A DNA stretch of 64,000 bases from Candidatus Kaiserbacteria bacterium (lineage in GTDB: Bacteria; Patescibacteriota; Minisyncoccia; Phycocordibacterales; JABAAK01): positions 16,889 to 80,888 of the forward strand of contig JAPOOC010000008.1 in the NCBI GenBank assembly GCA_026713605.1. The letters run 5' to 3'. A program made the translations under genes and the position numbers. The notes under the pieces are model-generated. The model was given only the letters and a program-made list of their open reading frames with translations. It ran no database searches and was not told the origin of the DNA. Of this stretch, positions 49,593-58,156 are shown one piece after another (positions within the stretch are counted from its first letter, which is position 1; each line of letters begins with the position of its first letter).

Positions 49593-49667
49593 TGGACCCG
49601 ACAGGGCTCGAACCTGCGACCTCCGGAGTGCAAAACCGGTGCTCTAAGCCAACTGAGCTACGGGCCC
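49593..49667 (-). tRNA. tRNA-Ala (anticodon UGC)
   Basis: Reverse complement: acceptor gggcccg/cgggtcc with G3:U70, loop ttTGCac, T-loop ttcgagc. Confidence 0.75.
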
Positions 49668-49722
49668 AACATAGGTCAGTATACTACATGGCAATATAAT
49701 TGTGTAGTATACTTAGTGTACT

Positions 49723-49968
49723 ATGGGAATAAAAGGATTTTTGACTAAAAAAATGCTAGAAAATCAACTGAAGCATATGCCGGAAGAGCAGCGGAAGGTG
49801 TTTCTGCGTATGTTTGAAGAAAACCCAGATTTGTTTGAAAAAATTGCGAAGGAGGTAAAGGAGAAAAAGAAGAGTGGGCAAGATGAGATGCTCGCCGCTG
49901 CGTCGGTGATGCGGAAGTATCAACCGCAGATGCAGGAGTTGTTGAAAAAAATGGGGCATACTACCTAA
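49723..49968 (+). CDS. small helical hypothetical protein
   Basis: 81 aa, K/E-rich. Confidence 0.4.
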   Translation: MGIKGFLTKKMLENQLKHMPEEQRKVFLRMFEENPDLFEKIAKEVKEKKKSGQDEMLAAASVMRKYQPQMQELLKKMGHTT

Positions 49969-49971
49969 TGT

Positions 49972-50496
49972 ATGGAGATTCCCGTGACTTTTCTTTCGTT
50001 GATTGAAAACTACCTTGTCGGGGTACTGCTCGGTGTGTCTACCTTGGCTGTCATTTCGTATGGCATTGGTTTGCGATTTGGGTATCCGCAAGAGGGGATA
50101 GGGCAGGCACTTATTCAAAGTATCTATACTGTTCTCCGCCTGTTTCATATCTTTTTTGCAATCTTGGTGGCACTCTACATTATTATATTTGGTATTCTTG
50201 ATGGTGTTCCAGAGGTCTGGTATGAGTATGGTGTGAAGGCGGCCGTGCTGACAGTGAATGCAGTTATAGCGTTTGGTATGACTCGGTGGCGTAAGGTGTT
50301 TCCTGTTGACTACGCTGCACCGGCAATTGGTGCGGGGTGGTACTTTTTGGCATCGTATCACTCTTATTACAGCGCAGTGGGTGTGCAGGCGACTGGTGTT
50401 GTTGATGCGGCGGTGCTGTACTTCGCACTCTTTGGGATTTTCCAACTCGTGTTTCTTGCCCTGCGGCATTTTGTGCGCCCCATTGATGCAGGGTGA
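49972..50496 (+). CDS. membrane protein (hypothetical)
   Basis: 4-5 TM helices. Confidence 0.45.
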   Translation: MEIPVTFLSLIENYLVGVLLGVSTLAVISYGIGLRFGYPQEGIGQALIQSIYTVLRLFHIFFAILVALYIIIFGILDGVPEVWYEYGVKAAVLTVNAVIAFGMTRWRKVFPVDYAAPAIGAGWYFLASYHSYYSAVGVQATGVVDAAVLYFALFGIFQLVFLALRHFVRPIDAG

Positions 50497-50522
50497 GGTA
50501 AAATACTAACAACCATATATTT

Positions 50523-51128
50523 ATGAGCACACAAAAAACAAAAATTTTTCTCCTGAACGCGAACCCAGTGCCGACATCATTTTCATATGCGTGTAGCAAT
50601 GCCTACCACTGTACGGCAGAGCAAGCGGGTGCTGAGGTGATGCGATTTAACATTGAAGAAATGGATTTTGATCCCGTGTTGCATAAGGGGTATGAGGAGA
50701 TTCAGGAATTGGAGCCAGATCTCTTAAAGTTTCAGCAGGCAATTTCCCTCGCAGACCATCTTGTGTTTGTGTATCCGAATTGGTGGAATACCATGCCGGC
50801 AAAAATGAAAGGGCTGTTTGATCGAGCATTCTTACCACAGTTTGCTTTCTCTTTTGAAAATGATACCTTTACGCCGCTTCTCACCGGAAGGAGTGGTCGG
50901 ATTATTAATATCGTTGGATCGGCGCATCCCTTCCTCCTCTGGTGTACTATTGGTTCCTACACTAATGAGCTGTCGAAGGGTATCCTTCGCGCTTGCGGGG
51001 TAAAGCCGGTTGTTACTACCAGTTTTGGTCCAACCCGAGGGTCATCAGACGAGGGGCGGGAGAAATGGATTGACCAAGTGCGTACTATGGCGGCAAAAGA
51101 TGCTCGAGCGTTCGCCAAGCGCCCTTAG
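50523..51128 (+). CDS. flavodoxin-like fold NAD(P)H-dependent oxidoreductase
   Basis: KIFLLNANP...VFVYPNWWNTMPA pattern typical of NAD(P)H dehydrogenase (quinone)/FMN reductase-like proteins. Confidence 0.6.
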   Translation: MSTQKTKIFLLNANPVPTSFSYACSNAYHCTAEQAGAEVMRFNIEEMDFDPVLHKGYEEIQELEPDLLKFQQAISLADHLVFVYPNWWNTMPAKMKGLFDRAFLPQFAFSFENDTFTPLLTGRSGRIINIVGSAHPFLLWCTIGSYTNELSKGILRACGVKPVVTTSFGPTRGSSDEGREKWIDQVRTMAAKDARAFAKRP

Positions 51129-51368
51129 TGCGGGTTTTGCCTTTCGTATGAGGTGGTGATTATAGGTGGGTGTGGGGTATGCATAAAATTAGACCCATAA
51201 GCCATTATTAGCAGATTTTCCGTTTTATATTGCTTTATAGATTTTTTATTTGGCATACTATGTATATAATTGTATATAATTCTCAAAGCATGTCTTGCCT
51301 CAACAACCTGCGACAGATATTGCAAGGAAAAGGGATAGTTTTAGCATAATGAGTGCATAAATATTACT

Positions 51369-51884
51369 ATGGAACTGCTACTATTTTTTATCACACTTTT
51401 TCTTCTTTTTTTAGTGTTTAGAAAGAAGCGGTCGCCTAAAAAAATATCCAAAGTACCGGATGTGTATGTGCCGCATGTGCGAAAAAAGCAATATTTCTTT
51501 ACGAGGAATGAACGATTGCTGTATGATTGCCTGTATCGCATTATACATAACAACGAGGCATATGATTTGTTCTCCAAGGTGCGTTGGGAGGATGTGTGGA
51601 CAGCAATTGATTGGCGCGACCGTGGCTATATTAGATCAAGACACATTGACTTTGTTATTTTCTCTAGAAAAACTGGAGAGATCGTGATGGTGGTTGAGTT
51701 ACATGGACAGGAACACTACACTAATCAGAAGCGAATTGAAAGAGACAGCCGTTTGGAGTGGATGTGTATTAATACTCACACAAAGTTGCTGGTTATTCGG
51801 AGTAGGAAGGAGTACAGCCACGATGCAATTAAAGGGGTGTTGAACAAATGCATCGCCAGTAAAGATACGGTTCATAAGTACTGA
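51369..51884 (+). CDS. membrane-anchored nuclease-fold protein (DUF2726/Vsr-DUF559-like core)
   Basis: N-terminal TM. Core RHIDFVIFSRKTGEIVMVVELHGQEH resembles the D...E-x-DG-xx-H restriction-endonuclease-like fold. Confidence 0.45.
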   Translation: MELLLFFITLFLLFLVFRKKRSPKKISKVPDVYVPHVRKKQYFFTRNERLLYDCLYRIIHNNEAYDLFSKVRWEDVWTAIDWRDRGYIRSRHIDFVIFSRKTGEIVMVVELHGQEHYTNQKRIERDSRLEWMCINTHTKLLVIRSRKEYSHDAIKGVLNKCIASKDTVHKY

Positions 51885-51963
51885 AACCCAACCTTTGCTA
51901 GACACGGTTTGACGGGCTGGACCTACTATTTAGCATATTTTTGTATGGGGTATACTGTCTGTA

Positions 51964-52557
51964 ATGAATCAAACAGAAGTATTGTCCGATGAGGTTGTTA
52001 CTCGGGTGCAGTTAATACGATATATCCTTGATCAGTTGGGTGGGAGGTGTGAATCTCTGAAATTAGTAAAACTCGTGGCGCTTTCTGATATCTATAAGTT
52101 GCGACGAGACGGTGAGACCATAACAAAGGATCGGTATGTTGCGATGAAAAATGGGCCGGCACCGTCTGTCACTGCAAATATTATCAGGTTTGATGATGGC
52201 TGGGTTGACGGGTCTGCTTTGGACTATGCGGGAGAGTACATAGAAACATGCAACACAGAAGTTTCTGCGAAAGATGTGCCAATGGAATACGACTACCTTT
52301 CAGATTTTGACAAAGAATGTGCTGACTATGTGGTGAGGAAATATGGAAATCTTTCGGCGAAGGATTTAATAGAAGGGAATGGTGGGGAGAATGTGCATGC
52401 ATTTGAGGCGTGGAAAAAGCATGGTGTGCGTGACTATGGTGTTGGGCAGGTGAAGCAGATACAGATGGAGGATTTTTTTGAAAATGATGGGCTGGTACAG
52501 GTAGACGAAGAAGATATACAAAAAGCGAGGGAGCGACATCTTTATGGCGATGTTTAA
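51964..52557 (+). CDS. Panacea (DUF4065/SocA-like) domain protein
   Basis: KLVKLVALSDIYKLRRDGETITKDRYVAMKNGPAPS matches the Panacea core. Confidence 0.55.
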   Translation: MNQTEVLSDEVVTRVQLIRYILDQLGGRCESLKLVKLVALSDIYKLRRDGETITKDRYVAMKNGPAPSVTANIIRFDDGWVDGSALDYAGEYIETCNTEVSAKDVPMEYDYLSDFDKECADYVVRKYGNLSAKDLIEGNGGENVHAFEAWKKHGVRDYGVGQVKQIQMEDFFENDGLVQVDEEDIQKARERHLYGDV

Positions 52558-52620
52558 GAGGCAAGATGTAAAGAGTTTTTGAGGAGTAAATGCTTGTATT
52601 TGGTTATCCACAGGTATTTT

Positions 52621-52640
52621 AGGTGGGGTGGGGTGGGGTA
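52621..52640 (+). promoter_or_regulatory. G-quadruplex-forming motif upstream of the tandem pilin genes
   Basis: aggtggggtggggtggggta has four G-tracts separated by single T, 43 nt upstream of the pilin ATG. Confidence 0.5.
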
Positions 52641-52682
52641 TATACTGGTATTGTTAGTAATTATAATAATTTTTTTAATACT

Positions 52683-53249
52683 ATGAATAATGAAAATAAT
52701 AATAGAAATAGGGGTTTCACCTTGATTGAGTTGCTCATTGTTATCGCTATCATTGGTGTGTTGGCGGCGACGGTGGTGGTATCGCTCGGAAGTCAGACAG
52801 ATCACGCAAAAGAAGGTTCACTAAAAATTGGTGTATCGTCTGTTCGATCGCTTGCGACTGTTGAGGCAACATCGCCATCAAAAGGAAATGACCTTAGTGG
52901 TACTAAGTTGTGTTCGTATATATATGGTAAGGTTTCTGGTGAAAAAGAAGATTGGACATGGAAGGCTAGTGTAGTTAATGATGCCATCAGCGGTACTCCT
53001 GTCATTTGCAGTGCTGATGATTCTACAACGAAAGAAAAGTCCGGCGAGATTTGTTGCTCGGCTGATGGTAACAAATGGGTGATTTGGAGTGCTCTGCCTA
53101 CGGCGGATGGTACTGGCGCCGAAAAAGATGTTTACTGCGCTGATAGTTCTGGGTTTACAGGTGAGGTAGAGTTGCAGGCAGACAGTGGAAGTGCGTCTAC
53201 GAAAGTGACGGATGGGCGGTCGTCGGATAATCCTACATCCTGTCAGTAG
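52683..53249 (+). CDS. type IV pilin / pseudopilin (prepilin N-terminal methylation motif)
   Basis: NRGFTLIELLIVIAIIGVLAA class III signal. C-terminal Cys pair. Confidence 0.8.
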   Translation: MNNENNNRNRGFTLIELLIVIAIIGVLAATVVVSLGSQTDHAKEGSLKIGVSSVRSLATVEATSPSKGNDLSGTKLCSYIYGKVSGEKEDWTWKASVVNDAISGTPVICSADDSTTKEKSGEICCSADGNKWVIWSALPTADGTGAEKDVYCADSSGFTGEVELQADSGSASTKVTDGRSSDNPTSCQ

Positions 53250-53266
53250 AAAATAGTTTGTACTGT

Positions 53267-53815
53267 ATGCTGAATATTGGACAGACAAGACAAAAGAATG
53301 CAGTAGGGGGTTTTACCTTGATTGAGCTTTTGATTGTGATTGCAATTATTGGAGTATTGGCAGCCACTGTTCTTGTTGTGCTGGGGAGTCAGACAAACAG
53401 TGCGACTGAAGGTAGTGTGCGGTTGAGTGTGTCCAGTATGCGAACCTTGGCGTATTCTGAGGTGGCGATAAACACAAAACTTTCTGGGCAGGCGTTGTGC
53501 AACGGCATATATGGCAGGGTTTCTGGTGAAAAAGATGGTTGGGAGTGGACGAATACACGAACATGTGAGCAAGGTGATTTGATCGCTGCAAGCGGTTTAA
53601 CGCAGGCCGCCGCAAGATCGAGCAATGCGAATGCTGCGGCAGGGGAGATTTGTTGTTTCTCAAGTAACACTGATTGGGTGATTTGGGGTGCTTTACCTAC
53701 GGCGGATGGTACTGGTGCCACCGAAGACGATATTTATTGCGCTGATAGCAAGGGGTTTCTTGGCAAGCATAAGGGTAGGCCTCAAGCAACTGGTACCAAT
53801 GCGAAATGTAAGTAA
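53267..53815 (+). CDS. type IV pilin / pseudopilin, tandem paralog
   Basis: GGFTLIELLIVIAIIGVLAA. Shares the C-terminal GEICC...WVIW.ALPTADGTGA...YCADS block with the upstream pilin. Confidence 0.8.
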   Translation: MLNIGQTRQKNAVGGFTLIELLIVIAIIGVLAATVLVVLGSQTNSATEGSVRLSVSSMRTLAYSEVAINTKLSGQALCNGIYGRVSGEKDGWEWTNTRTCEQGDLIAASGLTQAAARSSNANAAAGEICCFSSNTDWVIWGALPTADGTGATEDDIYCADSKGFLGKHKGRPQATGTNAKCK

Positions 53816-53839
53816 TTCTTGATCGGTTGATTTTGGCAA

Positions 53840-53871
53840 CATTAGACAAAAAACGAGCGAAAACCATTCGC
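53840..53871 (+). terminator. rho-independent terminator (copy 1 of a repeated terminator)
   Basis: aaacgagcgaaaaccattcgctcgtttttt. Confidence 0.7.
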
Positions 53872-53916
53872 TCGTTTTTTCTTGTGATTTTTATGGTGCT
53901 GTGTTAGAGTATTGTT

Positions 53917-54273
53917 ATGAATGATGCACCTAATGAAACAGAAAAACTCAACCGGAAAGAAATCGCCATTATGGTGGTGGGTGTACTTCTTGGATTGTCA
54001 GGAGGCATGGTATCAGATTACATTACTATGTTTCATAAGGAGATATTTCTGAAAAACCCTTTTGGATTTTCTTTGGTTGTTGTTTTCGTGGTTTCCGTCT
54101 TTGTCGCTTTTATTTTCATGCTGTTACATACTGATCTCTGGAAATCAACCCTTTTGTGTTCTGCGGTAACAGTTTTGAAAAAAGTGTGGAAGAGCTGTCT
54201 ATTTATTGTTGTACCTCTTTGTGCTTTGATTCTCCTTTCTTTCTGTTACGGTTACCAGATGGCAATGGGGTAA
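53917..54273 (+). CDS. membrane protein, copy 1 of duplicated gene
   Basis: 118 aa, 3 TM. ~85% identical to 56156-56518. Confidence 0.55.
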   Translation: MNDAPNETEKLNRKEIAIMVVGVLLGLSGGMVSDYITMFHKEIFLKNPFGFSLVVVFVVSVFVAFIFMLLHTDLWKSTLLCSAVTVLKKVWKSCLFIVVPLCALILLSFCYGYQMAMG

Positions 54274-54300
54274 CGAATGTAAATCCGAATCTAATGTCTC

Positions 54301-54522
54301 ATGTTACTTTTTGTGTGCTATACTAAAAAGTATCATATAGGTATGTATTACTTAAAAAAAATATTGAATTTGTTTTGGCGTGTGATAAAGGAATCATCAA
54401 CAGAAGAAACTTTATACGCAAAACGACAGGGAGAAACACTCCGTCGTCTCTACTGGCTTGCCAGCTTTGTTGTGATTGGCGTTGCCTGCATCGGTGTTAT
54501 TGCTATGGCAGTTATTGGCTGA
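54301..54522 (+). CDS. small membrane protein (hypothetical)
   Basis: 73 aa, C-terminal TM. Confidence 0.3.
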   Translation: MLLFVCYTKKYHIGMYYLKKILNLFWRVIKESSTEETLYAKRQGETLRRLYWLASFVVIGVACIGVIAMAVIG

Positions 54523-54617
54523 CAGTACTCAAACCTCCTGAAGTATCTGCCGACACCATTTTGTAGGTCTTGTCTTATATTACTTTTTGTGTGCTATACT
54601 AAAAAGAATCAAATCTA

Positions 54618-55238
54618 TTGTTAAAATTAACAATCAGCGAACGGGTTGCAGTATTCCTTATCATCCTTTGTACTCTGATTGGACCTGCTAATGCTTATAT
54701 TGCGCGTAGCATACCTCTTCCGGAGGCGAATGTAATTTTTTACCCGCTAAAAGTTTGGGTTGATGCCGCTGTGCGGCGTCGAAACAAGTATTGGTGTGAG
54801 ATCAGGTTAGAATCCACTGTAGAAGTTCTCGGTGATGGTTTCGGGTATCTCTGTGTTGGAGACATAGCAGGTGGTGAGTTTTTGGATATTACGGATATGT
54901 TTTTTACAATTCGTGGTATACTTTTTGTTGATGATAGTGGACCACCTAATAAATTAGACATGAAAAATTATACAAAAGTTGCTGTGCTTGTTGGCTTACC
55001 GTATGTTGCAATTATGGCAGCGGTTCATGGATTTGGTTGGTTTTTAGTACTTGCGATTGTCGGTATACTTTACTTCCTACCAACTATCTGTGCGCTCAAT
55101 GCAAAGCACCACAATGTTGATGCCATAGCGATAGTAAACCTATTCCTTGGGTGGACTTTTGTTGGATGGGTAGTTGCACTTGCCATGGCTGTAACGAAAA
55201 GTGAGAAGAATCAAAAACAAAAAGACAATAGAGTGTAA
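54618..55238 (+). CDS. membrane protein with C-terminal superinfection-immunity (T4 Imm-like) domain
   Basis: C-terminal YFLPTICALNAKHHNVDAIAIVNLFLGWTFVGWVVALAMAV matches the Imm_superinfect pattern (F.P...A..R.H.N..AI..lNlllGWT.iGWv.AL.WA). Confidence 0.55.
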   Translation: MLKLTISERVAVFLIILCTLIGPANAYIARSIPLPEANVIFYPLKVWVDAAVRRRNKYWCEIRLESTVEVLGDGFGYLCVGDIAGGEFLDITDMFFTIRGILFVDDSGPPNKLDMKNYTKVAVLVGLPYVAIMAAVHGFGWFLVLAIVGILYFLPTICALNAKHHNVDAIAIVNLFLGWTFVGWVVALAMAVTKSEKNQKQKDNRV

Positions 55239-56155
55239 GCAGTGGCGGAAAAAATTTCTTGCTGTCTTAATAAAAATTCAGATGGTAATATCAAAGGGTC
55301 TGGGATTATACAGTTTTCAGATTTATAATATTGTGATTGCGGGTATCAAAAAAAGACCTCAAATTTTTGAGATCTTGATCTTCTTTTGAGGTCAGCTTCC
55401 GCAAAGCGGTACCTGCCATTCGCTTAGAGGGCAGTTAGACATAAGCCCGCCGACCAGTTTCAGTGTATTGTTAACCCCGAAAAAAGTCAAGCAATTTTCC
55501 ACACCGATTGTCTTATGTGTGTGGGCGAGGTCTATTTATGTGGGTATTGGCGTATTAAAAATATGTACTGGTTTTTCAGGGGCGGAGAGGGTGAGCGTGA
55601 CAATATCCACATAGGAGGTTAGATTTGAGCAGGGTGAGTGTAGTATAGGGGTGTGCATATACTGTTAAGAATATTGTAGTCCTATGTTTTTATCTCTTTT
55701 TAAGAAAAAAAATCTTCAGGTCTCTAATAAGGAAAGAGAGATATTGCGTCATTTTATTGATCGAGAGATTGAGAACATCAAGATGTTTGGTCCCGCAGAA
55801 GATTCTTACCAGGAGAATATACAAAGTTTAAAAGCTAAGCTTTCTTAGTTTGTGTTGTATGTTTGTTACTTGCGACGAATCCGGTGTTGGAGATCGTTTC
55901 TTTGTGTTGGGGTCTGCTTGGGTTCCAAAGGAAAATGTTTCAACATTTGAAAAATCTGTTTCTGAATTACGGCTACGCTTGAAAATTTTGAAAAGTTAAC
56001 TACTTGGTTAAAATTTTTAGGAATGATATGTGGTGTGTTCTAAAATCCACTACTGTAGAAGTTCTCGGTGATGGTTTCGGGTATCTCTGTGTTGGAGACA
56101 TAGCAGGTGGTGAGTTTTTCTTGTGATTTTTATGGTGTTGTGTTAGAATATTGTT

Positions 56156-56518
56156 ATGAATGATGTACCTAATGAAACAGAAATAGAAAAACTCACCTCG
56201 AAAGAAATCGCCCTTATGGTGGTGGGTGTACTTCTTGGATTGTCAGGAGGCATGGTATCAGATTACATTACTATGTTTCATAGGGATATATTTCTGGAAA
56301 ACCCTTTTTTGTTTTCTTCGGTTGCTGTTTCTGTGGTTTTTGTCTTTGTTGCTTCTATTTTCATGTTGCTACATACTGATCTCTGGAAATCAAACTTTTT
56401 GTGTTTTGCGGTAATAGTTTTGAAAAAAGTGTGGAAGAGTTGTCTATTTATTGTTGTGCCTCTTTGTGCTTTGATTCTCCTTTCTTTCTGTTACGGTTAC
56501 CAGATGCTAATGGGGTAA
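56156..56518 (+). CDS. membrane protein, copy 2 of duplicated gene
   Basis: 120 aa, paralog of 53917-54273 with the same leader sequence upstream. Confidence 0.55.
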   Translation: MNDVPNETEIEKLTSKEIALMVVGVLLGLSGGMVSDYITMFHRDIFLENPFLFSSVAVSVVFVFVASIFMLLHTDLWKSNFLCFAVIVLKKVWKSCLFIVVPLCALILLSFCYGYQMLMG

Positions 56519-56597
56519 CGAATGTAAATCCGAATCTGAAGCACAATAACTAAAAAAGCGCATACATCCGTTTGATATAATGAATATAATAAAAAAA

Positions 56598-56626
56598 AAC
56601 GAGCGAAAACCATTCGCTCGTTTTTT
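56598..56626 (+). terminator. rho-independent terminator (copy 2, identical hairpin)
   Basis: aaacgagcgaaaaccattcgctcgtttttt. Confidence 0.7.
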
Positions 56627-56812
56627 GTTTCTTGCAGTTTTTGTTGGTTTGGTGTAGTATATGAATAATCAAAGTGGGTTCAAGTTAAAAACAATTTTCA
56701 GATTAAGGTTTTGGCTATCATTGTTGTAATTGGTACGATAGTTGGGGTTATCCTCTGCTTTGCATTGACTTGCCCAAGTGCTCGTACGGCGTGTATTCAT
56801 AATAATATAGCA

Positions 56813-56956
56813 CCGCTAAAAGTTTGGGTTGATACCGCTGTGCGGCGTCGAAACAACAAGCGCTGGTGTGAGATCAGGTTAGAATCCACTGTAGAAGTTC
56901 TCGGTGATGGTTTCGGGTATCTCTGTGTTGGAGACATAGCAGGTGGTGAGTTTTTT
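56813..56956 (+). pseudogene. orphan fragment of the 54618 gene N-terminal region (third copy of a ~75-140-bp repeat)
   Basis: Encodes PLKVWVDTAVRRRN..WCEIRLESTVEVLGDGFGYLCVGDIAGGEF in frame but without the gene context. Its antisense supplies the last ~25 codons of the M16 peptidase. Confidence 0.5.
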
Positions 56957-58153
56957 GTTGTCCAGTATGCTGTTGGCGATGCGTTGTACATCGTCGGCTG
57001 TGACGGCGAGGATGTTTCGCTTATACTCTTCGTTGTTTTCAGGTGTGCCGCTTTGGGCGTAGGCATGCATTTGTTCACTTGCGATGGCACTCTTACTTTC
57101 TTGTTGTACGGCGTTGAGCCCGAGTAGAAATTCTTTGGCTTTTTTGAGTTCTGCTTCTGGTACGGGTGTTTTTTTGATTATGGCGCATTCATCAGCGATT
57201 GCTCCCATCACCTCTGTTGTTCGCTTTCCGCCGATGCCGGTGTAGATGGCGAACTCTCCAGTGTGGGTCATGAGGTCAATGAGCGTTTTGATGGTGTAAC
57301 ATGCGCCCAACTTCTCTCGCACTCGGAGAAAGAGGCGGGAACTCATTGAGCCGCCGAAGATAACATCAAACACTTCGGTTGTGTGGCGGTCTGTGCTGTT
57401 GTATGAGGGGGTGTAGCCGCCTATGACGATATGTGTTTGCTCTAGGTCGTTGCGTACGATGGAGCGATGGGTTTCTTTTGGTGCTGTTGGTGATACGGTT
57501 GCCTGTGCGGATTGTTCACCTTGCCTTGTGTCGCTGTATAGTTTTTCTAATTTTTGTAGCGTGCTGTCACGATCAAACTTTCCGGCAATAGAGATGATGG
57601 TGTTTTTTGCCGTGTAATGTTTTTGGAGAAAGTGCGTGAAGTTATCTCTGGAGAATGAGGCGACTGATTCTTCCGTTCCTAAGATTGGGTGTCCTGCGGC
57701 GGTGTCGTGGAAGAGTGATTGATTTACCTCGTCAAATGCTCGTGATGGCGGATCGTCACGATACATCGCTATTTCCTCAATGATCACCTTTTTCTCTTTG
57801 TCCAGTTCATTTGCGGGGAATAGGGAGTATAAGAAAATATCAGCAGTTAGGTGGAGCATGTCCTGGAGCCGTTCTGCTCGTCCGGACATGTGGTAGGCGG
57901 TGTATTCCCGATCGGTATACGCATTTGCTACTAATCCTGATTCATCCATACGGGTTACCAGCTCTTGATTTGTGGGGTAGGTTTTTGTCCCCTTGAAGCA
58001 CATATGTTCAAAGAAGTGTGCCAAGCCGTATTCGTTTTTTTCTTCATTGTTTGCGCCGATTGCGACGCCGACCAGCACGCATGCCGTCTCTGCTCGGTCA
58101 TCCGTACTTAGTAGCACCGTAATACCATTTTTCAATGTCTGTGTTTCAGTCAT
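56879..58153 (-). CDS. M16-family (pitrilysin/insulinase-like) zinc peptidase
   Basis: Inverted zinc motif HFFEHMCFKG (HxxEH), 424 aa. Confidence 0.8.
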   Translation of the reverse strand: MTETQTLKNGITVLLSTDDRAETACVLVGVAIGANNEEKNEYGLAHFFEHMCFKGTKTYPTNQELVTRMDESGLVANAYTDREYTAYHMSGRAERLQDMLHLTADIFLYSLFPANELDKEKKVIIEEIAMYRDDPPSRAFDEVNQSLFHDTAAGHPILGTEESVASFSRDNFTHFLQKHYTAKNTIISIAGKFDRDSTLQKLEKLYSDTRQGEQSAQATVSPTAPKETHRSIVRNDLEQTHIVIGGYTPSYNSTDRHTTEVFDVIFGGSMSSRLFLRVREKLGACYTIKTLIDLMTHTGEFAIYTGIGGKRTTEVMGAIADECAIIKKTPVPEAELKKAKEFLLGLNAVQQESKSAIASEQMHAYAQSGTPENNEEYKRNILAVTADDVQRIANSILDNKKLTTCYVSNTEIPETITENFYSGF

Positions 58154-58156
58154 ATC

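Noticed and set aside
56711-57127. 138-aa ORF fusing the repeat fragment to sequence antisense of the M16 peptidase
   Set aside because: Only the first ~50 codons (the repeat) have coding character. The remainder is the antisense of a well-supported peptidase gene.
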